A stretch of 64,000 nucleotides of DNA from Candidatus Limnocylindrales bacterium (GTDB lineage Bacteria > Moduliflexota > Moduliflexia > Moduliflexales > JAUQPW01). The DNA lies in NCBI GenBank assembly GCA_035559535.1, contig DATMBG010000051.1, positions 372,001 through 436,000 of the forward strand, in the 5' to 3' direction. The stretch's first letter is position 1; each line of letters begins with the position of its first letter. The translations under genes were made by a program, and so were the position numbers. Positions 56,584-64,000 of the stretch are shown here, piece after piece. Below the pieces are notes generated by a model. It had not been told where the DNA came from. It worked only from the letters and a program-made list of their open reading frames with translations, and searched no databases.

Positions 56584-58395
56584 TTGGAGCATCGTACATT
56601 AAATTATACCGATTTGAAAGAAAAGGTTGTTATTCAACTTCAGGCGCTTCAGGAGTTTATAGCAGAACGGGGATATAGAGAAAGAGAAGCAGAAGCTGCA
56701 GAGTTGGTTACAAAACTTAAAGAAGACAAGGTTAATCTTGTAGTTCTGGGACATTTTAATCGAGGAAAATCGACTTTTATCAACAGTCTTTTAGGAGAGG
56801 ATCTTTTACCTACTTCCATTATTCCCCTTACGTCTGTTATTACGTTAATAAAATATGGAGAAACTTTTAAAATCGATGTTTACTTCAAAAACAAGACAAG
56901 TCGGGAAATAGACGTTAAAGAAATTTCAGATTATGCCACCGAAGAAGGAAATCCTCGTAACCAAAAGAATGTCGAGCGCATTGAAATCTCCTTTCCGGCC
57001 CCTTATTTAAGAAATGGAATCATAGTCGTAGACACCCCGGGTTTTAGTTCCGTGCATGTAAGCAATACGCTGATTACGCAAAATTATCTTCCAGAGGCCG
57101 ATGTGGCGATGTTTCTGATCACAGCAGATCCGCCGATCAGCCAGGTAGAAATTGAGTTCCTGAAGGAGATCAAAAATTTCACCAATAAAATCTTCATCCT
57201 CCAAAATAAGATTGATCAGGTAAATGAAGCAGAAAAGCAGAAATCCCTTGAATTCTCGAAGCGTATCATCGAAACGACTTTGGATCTTCAAAACCTGAAA
57301 ATCTATCCCATTTCGGCTAAATTAGCTCTGGAGGGGGAGCTCGAAAAAAATCCCCAAAAAGTCGCGGCCAGTCTCCTCCCTGACTTTGAGAGAGCCCTTG
57401 AGGAGTTTCTTCTTCGGGAAAAGGGGAGGTTTGTGCTGTTAACTGCTATTGAGCAGGGTTTGAAGCTTTTGGCAGAGGTCAAAGTAGCTCTGGAAATGGA
57501 GAGGGGGGCTTACCTGACTTCCCATCGAAACTTAGAAAGTAATGCAAAAATCTTTAACGAACGTCTGGCTATTTTACAACAGGAACAAAAGGATTTAAGA
57601 GATCAAATTCAGGGAACCACCCAGAGACTCTTAAAAAGTTTGAAACCAAGACCTGTAAAGCCAGAGCAAGTCGCTTTTGTTAAGGAAGCTTTTCAGATCT
57701 GCTATGAAGCCCATCAGGATGATGAGAGAAAAGCCCTGGTACAGACGCTGGAAACCTGTTTTAAACAATCTGTCCAGAATGCCTTAAAAGCCTCGGTGTT
57801 ACCTGAGTACCTGGAGATTCAGAAGGAATTTGATGAAGCGGTTACCCGATTTATAGACCGAATCTATGGGTTAGCCGGGCAGATCCGACAACTTGCTGCG
57901 GAACTCTTTGATATCCAGATAGAAAAGCCCCAGCTTGCAGAATTGCAAAAATCTGAAAGCGAAATGTTCCCTGCCAAACCTTCTGAAGAGGCAGACTTTT
58001 ACTTCCCCTCAATGGAAACGGAGAATCAACCCCTTTTTAAAATTTCCCCTTTTTCCCTCTTGTTACCTAAAAAGTACTTCCAGGGGCTTATGTGGCAGGA
58101 AATGCTCAGAAAAGTAGAAAGCGAATTGAAGCAACAGGGAGAACAACTCTGCCAGGGATTCGCGGAACGAATCCAACAGCGTGCCGGTAAACTGCCGGAG
58201 ATTATGGATCAACAAATTAACGCGGTTATGGAGAGTGTTCAAAATGCTTTAAAACGGGCCCTGGAAGTCAAGGTGAAGAGCAAGAAAAAAGCCGAGCAGA
58301 CGGTTAAAATTTTAGACGAAAAGCTTTTCCAACTCCAATTGATCAGAAGAAAGTTATTGGATTTGCAGAAAGCCCTTCTACCTCAAGAGGGATAG
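56584..58395 (+). CDS. Bacterial dynamin-like GTPase
   Basis: G1 GHFNRGKST, LPTSIIPLT, G3 DTPG, G4 NKID, ISAK; long helical C-terminus; AGGAGG RBS before TTG. Confidence 0.88.
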   Translation: MEHRTLNYTDLKEKVVIQLQALQEFIAERGYREREAEAAELVTKLKEDKVNLVVLGHFNRGKSTFINSLLGEDLLPTSIIPLTSVITLIKYGETFKIDVYFKNKTSREIDVKEISDYATEEGNPRNQKNVERIEISFPAPYLRNGIIVVDTPGFSSVHVSNTLITQNYLPEADVAMFLITADPPISQVEIEFLKEIKNFTNKIFILQNKIDQVNEAEKQKSLEFSKRIIETTLDLQNLKIYPISAKLALEGELEKNPQKVAASLLPDFERALEEFLLREKGRFVLLTAIEQGLKLLAEVKVALEMERGAYLTSHRNLESNAKIFNERLAILQQEQKDLRDQIQGTTQRLLKSLKPRPVKPEQVAFVKEAFQICYEAHQDDERKALVQTLETCFKQSVQNALKASVLPEYLEIQKEFDEAVTRFIDRIYGLAGQIRQLAAELFDIQIEKPQLAELQKSESEMFPAKPSEEADFYFPSMETENQPLFKISPFSLLLPKKYFQGLMWQEMLRKVESELKQQGEQLCQGFAERIQQRAGKLPEIMDQQINAVMESVQNALKRALEVKVKSKKKAEQTVKILDEKLFQLQLIRRKLLDLQKALLPQEG

Positions 58396-58504
58396 AGCTA
58401 TCCGGATCCAAGCATCCAGAATTGGAAATTAAGGATAAAAGACTCCCTGCTTTTATCCTGGATCTTCAGTTTTGATGTCTGAGTGTTCGGATGGCTAAAG
58501 AGTT

Positions 58505-60061
58505 ATGAGAGAGCTCAGGATTCCGGACACCTTCAATGTAGCAACCGCCTTTATCGATGAAAACCTCGTCCAAGGGCGGGGACGGAAAATCGCTCTATAT
58601 TATGAAGATAAAACCTACACCTATCAAGAGGTCTTCGATAGGGTTAATAAAGCCGGAAATGCCCTCAAAGAATTGGGCGTTGAGATGGAGCAGCGGGTAT
58701 TAATGATCATGCTGGATTCTCCTGAGTTTGTGGCAACTTTTTGGGGAGCGATTAAAATTGGAGCGGTTCCGGTTCCGGTCAATACCTTGATGAGGGCAGC
58801 AGATTATGAATATTTCCTTAACAACAGTCGAGCTAAAGTCCTGGTTGTTCATGAAGCCCTATTACCCGAGATCGAAAAGATCCAGAAACGGCTTAAATAT
58901 CTTCGCCATATTGTTGTGGTAGGAAAGGCTAAGGAGAGTCAACTATCCTTCTATGAAATGCTGGACCGGGCTTCGCCGAATTTGGAAGCCGCAGAGACCC
59001 ATAAAGACGATGTGGCTTTCTGGCTTTATAGTTCGGGAAGTACCGGTCTCCCCAAAGGAGCTGTACATTTACAGCATGATATGATGTATTGTGCCGAATA
59101 TTATGCCAGGGGTATTCTCGGGATTACCGAACAGGATATTACCTTTTCGGCAGCTAAGTTGTTCTTTGCTTATGGATTGGGAAATAACATGTATTTTCCT
59201 TTCAGGGTAGGGGCTTCCGCAGTTTTATATCCAGGTCGCCCGACTCCGGATAAGATGTTTGAGATTTTAAAAAAGTATCGACCGACCCTTTTTTACGCAG
59301 TTCCTACCTTATATGGGGCTATGCTTCAGGTTGCAGAGAAGGATGCACAGTATGAAGTTCCCCCTTCGGTCCGACTCTGTATTTCAGCCGGAGAAGCTCT
59401 TCCTGCAGAAATTTATCGAAGATGGAAGGATCGGTTTGGAGTAGAAATTTTGGACGGAATTGGATCCACGGAGGTTCTTCATATCTTTTTATCAAATCAA
59501 CCGGGTAAGGTCAAACCCGGAAGTAGTGGCACGGTGGTTCCGGGTTATGAAGCCAAGATTGTGGATGAAGGGGATCAAGAAGTACCCGTTGGGGAAATAG
59601 GAAATTTACTTATTAAGGGGGATAGTACAGCCGCCTACTACTGGAATAACCAGGAAAAAACCAGGCAAACAATCTTGGGGGAGTGGATTCGGACCGGAGA
59701 TAAATATTACCTGGACTCAGAAGGATATTATTGGTACTGCGGACGATCCGATGACATGCTAAAGGTAGGCGGAATGTGGGTATCTCCGGTGGAAGTAGAA
59801 AGTACTCTGATTGAACATCCGGCTGTATTGGAAAGTGCTGTTGTAGGGGCTCTGGACGAAGAAAACCTTATCAAGCCGAAAGCTTTTGTGGTCCTCCGGG
59901 AAGGATACCATCCCTCCCCTGAACTGGTGGAGGAACTCCAGGCCTTTGTGAAAAACAAAATAGCTCCTTACAAATACCCCCGCTGGATTGAATTTGTAAA
60001 AGAGTTACCGAAAACAGCTACGGGAAAGATTCAGCGATTTAAACTGCGGACTCTACCATAA
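58505..60061 (+). CDS. Benzoate-CoA ligase family protein
   Basis: FWLYSSGSTGLPKG, AKLFFAYGLGN, SAGEALP, DGIGSTE, HIFLSN, GRSDDMLKVGG, PKTATGKIQRF. Confidence 0.92.
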   Translation: MRELRIPDTFNVATAFIDENLVQGRGRKIALYYEDKTYTYQEVFDRVNKAGNALKELGVEMEQRVLMIMLDSPEFVATFWGAIKIGAVPVPVNTLMRAADYEYFLNNSRAKVLVVHEALLPEIEKIQKRLKYLRHIVVVGKAKESQLSFYEMLDRASPNLEAAETHKDDVAFWLYSSGSTGLPKGAVHLQHDMMYCAEYYARGILGITEQDITFSAAKLFFAYGLGNNMYFPFRVGASAVLYPGRPTPDKMFEILKKYRPTLFYAVPTLYGAMLQVAEKDAQYEVPPSVRLCISAGEALPAEIYRRWKDRFGVEILDGIGSTEVLHIFLSNQPGKVKPGSSGTVVPGYEAKIVDEGDQEVPVGEIGNLLIKGDSTAAYYWNNQEKTRQTILGEWIRTGDKYYLDSEGYYWYCGRSDDMLKVGGMWVSPVEVESTLIEHPAVLESAVVGALDEENLIKPKAFVVLREGYHPSPELVEELQAFVKNKIAPYKYPRWIEFVKELPKTATGKIQRFKLRTLP

Positions 60062-60195
60062 CGTTAAGGAATATCGATACTAAAGTAAAAAGTACTTGAC
60101 GGGCATAAATAATGTTGTTAATGTTTTTCCTGTTAGCAGCAGAGGTGAAAATCAGGAAAATCCCTTTTATTTTTAAGGTTTAAGGAGGATTTCAG

Positions 60196-60474
60196 ATGAC
60201 TAAAGCCGATCTTGTGGAGAAAATTGCCGAGCGAGCCAAACTCTCAAAAAAAGATAGCGAAATCGTGGTAAATACGGTCTTCCAAAGTATTATTGAGGCT
60301 CTAACCAAGGGGGATAAAGTAGAGCTTAGAGGGTTTGGTAGCTTTCGAGCACGGGATCGTCAATCCCGGGTGGGACGGAACCCTAAAACCGGGGAAAGCG
60401 TTGAAGTACCTTCCAAAAAGGTCCCCTTTTTCAAACCCGGTAAAGATTTGAAAAAGTTAGTGAATGGAGGTTAA
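60196..60474 (+). CDS. ihfB: Integration host factor beta / HU family DNA-binding protein
   Basis: MTKADLV, VELRGFGSF, GRNPKTG, KVPFFKPGK. Confidence 0.88.
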   Translation: MTKADLVEKIAERAKLSKKDSEIVVNTVFQSIIEALTKGDKVELRGFGSFRARDRQSRVGRNPKTGESVEVPSKKVPFFKPGKDLKKLVNGG

Positions 60475-60546
60475 AAACAAAAGTTATAAAGCAGCCTCGT
60501 CTCTTTTAAAACGTTTGTAGCAGGCGCTCCAGGTAGTCATCAGTTT

Positions 60547-61131
60547 ATGGATTTCACAAAAACCAGGGAATTTATACATGAAACCTTGGGGGTTAAACAT
60601 GCGGAGAATTTAAGAAAAATTATTTCAGATACCGTAGAAAAGGAATGGCAGATTCCAGGTAAACGGTTTTCTCCTCTGTTACGAGAACATCTCCTTTATT
60701 TTATTGCTAAACAGCGTAATAATCTCTTCAGCCATCTTTTTCCTGAAATCCTTGAAATCAAGTTTCAAGAGGAGTATGGTTACGGCGATTGTCCGGTTGT
60801 TTTACCCAGATTAATTGAGGATCTGACTTCCAAGATCCGTCTTTATTTCGCCGAACGGGGAAAAGAAACTCTTGCAGCTCCCCCAGGCACTCATAACTCC
60901 CTTAAGGCCAGACTTTCCCCTTTTCAAGAGGCTTTCCAACTTTACCTGGAACAGATAGCCATTGATGATCCATTTCGGGAATCCATCCGAGAACAGACGG
61001 GACTCCCTGCAAAGTTCCTCAAAAAAATATTCGACGATTTTGAGAAAAAGTTCAAACCGTCTGCAAATCAATCTAAACACGAACTTCTTAAACTTTTTTT
61101 ACGTTTTATGGCGACTAAAGTTGAAAACTGA
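60547..61131 (+). CDS. Hypothetical helical protein
   Basis: 194-aa ORF filling the gap; no recognisable motif. Confidence 0.6.
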   Translation: MDFTKTREFIHETLGVKHAENLRKIISDTVEKEWQIPGKRFSPLLREHLLYFIAKQRNNLFSHLFPEILEIKFQEEYGYGDCPVVLPRLIEDLTSKIRLYFAERGKETLAAPPGTHNSLKARLSPFQEAFQLYLEQIAIDDPFRESIREQTGLPAKFLKKIFDDFEKKFKPSANQSKHELLKLFLRFMATKVEN

Positions 61132-61138
61132 AGAGAAA

Positions 61139-61900
61139 TTATCGAAATAGATCCCTTTCCGCAGGTCGAATCAGATCGATTCCTTTACCGTTTTCGAGGG
61201 TGTAGGAGTATCCTTTGATGAGAGCTGCTGGGACTCCGGTTGTTTTTCCCAGGACCAGCTCCGCCGCCGAAGCCAGCTCATCGGCAACGGCTATTTCTGT
61301 GGCTTTAAGTAGATGTCCATAAGGATCCCGCTGCCCTTTATAATTCTGGATAGGTTTCAGGCCACAAACTCCTAGGGCTACATCCACAAGGCCTTCTCGC
61401 CAGGGTCTGCCAAAGGTGTCTGAGATAATAACGGCGAGGGATATTCCGGTTTTCTGAATCAAGTAGTCTCGAATTCTTTGAGCCGAAGCATCTGAATCCA
61501 GGGGAAGCAGGGACACAACCCCCTCTCCGGCTATATTAGACTCATCTACTCCTGCATTGGCACATACAAATCCTTGTTTGGTTTCTACAATGAGGATCCC
61601 CCGATCCATTTTGACAATCCGTTTCGTTTCACGAAGGATTACTTCGATATGACGGGGATCTTTTCCCGCCTGCACGGCAATATATCGGGCAAACTCCGAC
61701 GGGATTACATCCTTGAGCCAAACCAGTCGCCCTTCGGCTTTTGAGACGATTTTCTGCTTAACAACTAAAATATCCTTTTCCTCCAGGACAATCCTTTGGC
61801 GTAAAAGTGCCTGAAGGAGAATCTCTGCCAGATTATCCCCCGGCATAATCTCAGGAATACCGGTAATCCCAATAATTCGGAGCTCGGACATACCCAGCAC
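61139..61900 (-). CDS. cofE: Coenzyme F420-0:L-glutamate ligase
   Basis: GIPEIMPGD, QKIVSKAEG, GFVCANAGVDESN, SDTFGRPWREG, AVADELASAA, DLFR. Confidence 0.95.
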   Translation of the reverse strand: MLGMSELRIIGITGIPEIMPGDNLAEILLQALLRQRIVLEEKDILVVKQKIVSKAEGRLVWLKDVIPSEFARYIAVQAGKDPRHIEVILRETKRIVKMDRGILIVETKQGFVCANAGVDESNIAGEGVVSLLPLDSDASAQRIRDYLIQKTGISLAVIISDTFGRPWREGLVDVALGVCGLKPIQNYKGQRDPYGHLLKATEIAVADELASAAELVLGKTTGVPAALIKGYSYTLENGKGIDLIRPAERDLFR

Positions 61901-62845
61901 TTATCTTAGAAGTTCTTCCATAACACGTTGAGCCAATTCTATTTTCTCCTTGAGCCCTCTCATAATCGTATCGGTTACCACAACCCGTAGCGGAGGTTCC
62001 GGTGGAGGCCTTAAAGATTCTACCTTTGTAACCAGATTTTGATCGATTGGGTCCAGGACAAAAATATCGAGGAAATCCTGATAGAGTTGAGCGACCTGAT
62101 AAGCCGAGACTTCAAGACCCAGTCCTCGCATCAACTTATCTGCCGGACCCTTTAGGGGGGCCCCACCAACAAGGGGGCTGATAGCTGCAATCCTGGCCTG
62201 AGTTTTCCGTAAAGCTTCCCGAACTCCCCTCACGGCTAAAATGGGTCCAATACTGATGATGGGATTGCTGGGACAGAGGATGATACCCTTTGCCTGCAAA
62301 ATTGCTTCTAATACCCCCGGAGCCGGATCCGCATCCTCTATACCTCTAAATTGAACGCCTTTCACAGGATCTTGCATTTTGCGCTGAACCAAATATTCTT
62401 GAAAATGAAGGATTCCCTGATCTGTCAAGATCAGGGTAGGAACCGGCTGATTCGTCATGGGAAGGATACGAACTTCGAGGTTAAAGGCCCGACGAATCGA
62501 GTCGGTAATCTGAGAGAGACTCCATCCCTGTCTGAGTAAATGGGTTCGGTAAATGTGCGTCGCAAAGTCCCGATCTCCCAACATAAACCAGGTAGCATGA
62601 CCATACTTCCCCAGCATATCCAGGCAATGAAAACTATCCCCCTGGATACCCCAACCCTTAGATTCATCTACAATTCCGGCCAGGGTATAGATAACAATAT
62701 CGATATCCGGAGAGATATGTAAACCGTGGAGTTCGATATCATCTCCGGTATTAACAATGACGGTAATCTCTTGCGGAGCCACGACCTGAACCAAACCTTG
62801 CAGAAATCGAGCGGCTCCCACCCCACCAGCAAGTACTGTAATCAT
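61901..62845 (-). CDS. cofD: 2-phospho-L-lactate/PEP transferase (CofD/FbiA)
   Basis: LAGGVGAARF, VNTGDD, ISPDID, LGDRD, HFQEY, PSNPIISIGPIL, KGPADK. Confidence 0.95.
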   Translation of the reverse strand: MITVLAGGVGAARFLQGLVQVVAPQEITVIVNTGDDIELHGLHISPDIDIVIYTLAGIVDESKGWGIQGDSFHCLDMLGKYGHATWFMLGDRDFATHIYRTHLLRQGWSLSQITDSIRRAFNLEVRILPMTNQPVPTLILTDQGILHFQEYLVQRKMQDPVKGVQFRGIEDADPAPGVLEAILQAKGIILCPSNPIISIGPILAVRGVREALRKTQARIAAISPLVGGAPLKGPADKLMRGLGLEVSAYQVAQLYQDFLDIFVLDPIDQNLVTKVESLRPPPEPPLRVVVTDTIMRGLKEKIELAQRVMEELLR

Positions 62846-62949
62846 ACAACCAGTATAGGGGCTCAGAGAATTTAAATCAAGGGAGTTATTTTTGTTATCC
62901 TTGATAGGGAACTTTATTCCAGGCGATTCCTTTGGTTACGGGTACTAGT

Positions 62950-62976
62950 ACAGGTGACCGGCCGGTCACCCCTACA
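62950..62976. repeat. REP palindrome (second copy at 63561-63589)
   Basis: GGTGACCGGCCGGTCACCCCTAC vs GGGCGACCGGCCGGTCGCCCCTTAC. Confidence 0.65.
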
Positions 62977-63067
62977 GTTTTCTTTAAATATTAGACTTGA
63001 CAGTTCTTGAAGTGATTCTTATGTAAGTACAAAGGGGTTGAAAGAGAAGTTCTTCAAGGAGGCAGAT

Positions 63068-63181
63068 ATGGTTTCAAAGAAGGAACTATGGGGTAGAATC
63101 CTGTTTTTGTTAGGCGTGTTGGCCTTAAGTTTCACCCTGGCTATTGCCATTTTTATCGGATTGATAAAATGGTGGACTTAG
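63068..63181 (+). CDS. 37-aa single-pass membrane protein (not in ORF track)
   Basis: AAGGAGG RBS; MVSKKELWGRILFLLGVLALSFTLAIAIFIGLIKWWT*; ends 4 nt before the next ATG. Confidence 0.6.
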   Translation: MVSKKELWGRILFLLGVLALSFTLAIAIFIGLIKWWT

Positions 63182-63185
63182 AAAT

Positions 63186-63524
63186 ATGAATTTTTATCAA
63201 CAGGTCTATGAGTTGGTTTTACAGATTCCGCCTGGAAAAGTGGCTACCTATGGTCAGATTGCAACCCTTCTGGGCCGTCCCCATGCCGCCCGTGCGGTAG
63301 GTTATGCCCTCCATCTGGCTCCGGACCATTTAAAAGTTCCCTGGCAACGAGTTATTAACTCCCAAGGGAAGATAAGCCCAAGATCGTCCTTAGATATGCC
63401 CCATGAACCCCTTATTCAAAGAATGCTGTTAGAAGCCGAAGGCGTAGTTTTTGACAAAACCGGACGTGTGGATTTAGAAAAGTATTTATGGGAAGGTAAA
63501 AAGAAGATAGGACGCGGGGAATAG
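63186..63524 (+). CDS. Alkyltransferase-like (ATL/YbaZ, MGMT family) protein
   Basis: IPPGKVATYGQIA, ARAVG, PWQRV (Trp in place of the acceptor Cys), LEAEGV. Confidence 0.9.
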   Translation: MNFYQQVYELVLQIPPGKVATYGQIATLLGRPHAARAVGYALHLAPDHLKVPWQRVINSQGKISPRSSLDMPHEPLIQRMLLEAEGVVFDKTGRVDLEKYLWEGKKKIGRGE

Positions 63525-63681
63525 AGACGCGGGGACGCGGGGAAATGGGGACAGGGAGAGTATGGGCGACCGGCCGGTCGCCCCTTACAGGGATCTAAAT
63601 TAACGATTCGCCGTATGATATAAAGACACGGGAATAGAAAACCATGGTAAATGTCCCTGCGTCCCCGTGTTCCATATCCCC

Positions 63682-64000
63682 TCAATTTTCCTTATCCTCG
63701 CCGGAAGGTTCTTCCGAACCTTGAGGGGAAGAACGCTGGGAACGAGAAGAAGAGAGGGTAGCCAGTTTCTCCAGTTGGGAGGGCGTGAGGACCTCTCTGG
63801 ATTTGATGATAAAGTCTGCGCGGAGTTGGGCCTGCTCTTTCTTTGCCTGGATAAGTTCCTGGGTTATTTTTTCTACCTGCTTTTGATCTGTCGTCGGTTG
63901 GATAAAGAGATCCCTCAATTCCCCGGTCAGAGATTGAACTCTGTTATCGATTTCGCGTCGTTTTGGGATAAACTCCCTAAGAATCCCGCCCAATTTAGTC
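63682..64000 (-). CDS. Spy/CpxP/ZraP-like periplasmic protein, 5'-partial
   Basis: Helical hairpin pattern ending REVLTPSQ (LTxxQ motif). Confidence 0.7.
   Translation of the reverse strand, partial: TKLGGILREFIPKRREIDNRVQSLTGELRDLFIQPTTDQKQVEKITQELIQAKKEQAQLRADFIIKSREVLTPSQLEKLATLSSSRSQRSSPQGSEEPSGEDKEN

Noticed and set aside
47092-58395. Anti-phage defence island (STAND, dynamin, radical SAM)
   Set aside because: Genes are interspersed with housekeeping/metabolic genes; no nuclease/TIR/SIR2 effectors or mobility genes
58505-60061. Complete benzoate degradation cluster
   Set aside because: No box/bcr/bad genes nearby; only family-level assignment is supported
1-64000. CRISPR array, tRNA/rRNA, prophage, intact transposase
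   Set aside because: No regularly spaced repeat-spacer units, RNA gene signatures or such protein motifs seen

Overview
A 64 kb window of an ordinary bacterial chromosome (no rRNA, tRNA, CRISPR, intact transposase or phage genes seen). Tat signals, MsrPQ, a pseudopilin and Spy/CpxP suggest a diderm organism. It carries about 50 CDS: an archaeal-like ATP-dependent DNA ligase, msrPQ, lutABC, four enolase-superfamily enzymes, pyrD, greA, mgsA, an AOR-family oxidoreductase-split transketolase-dehydratase operon, a SELENBP1/SBP56 protein with a coupled membrane partner, an sAC-like cyclase-STAND-TPR protein, a DNA-repair radical SAM protein, a dynamin-like GTPase, a benzoate-CoA-ligase-family enzyme, IHF, and F420 genes cofD/cofE. 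The best candidate for an undescribed system is the minus-strand run 11.5-19.8 kb. There a queuosine-salvage glycosylase (Qng1/DUF2419) lies directly upstream of a complete BMP/Nup-type nucleoside ABC transporter and downstream of an aldo-keto reductase and an F420-type LLM enzyme, suggesting a queuosine import and processing locus. Intergenic DNA is rich in MITE-like and REP-like palindromes. I also found two pseudogenes and several small ORFs missed by the ORF track. All calls come from motif recognition by eye; no database searches were run.
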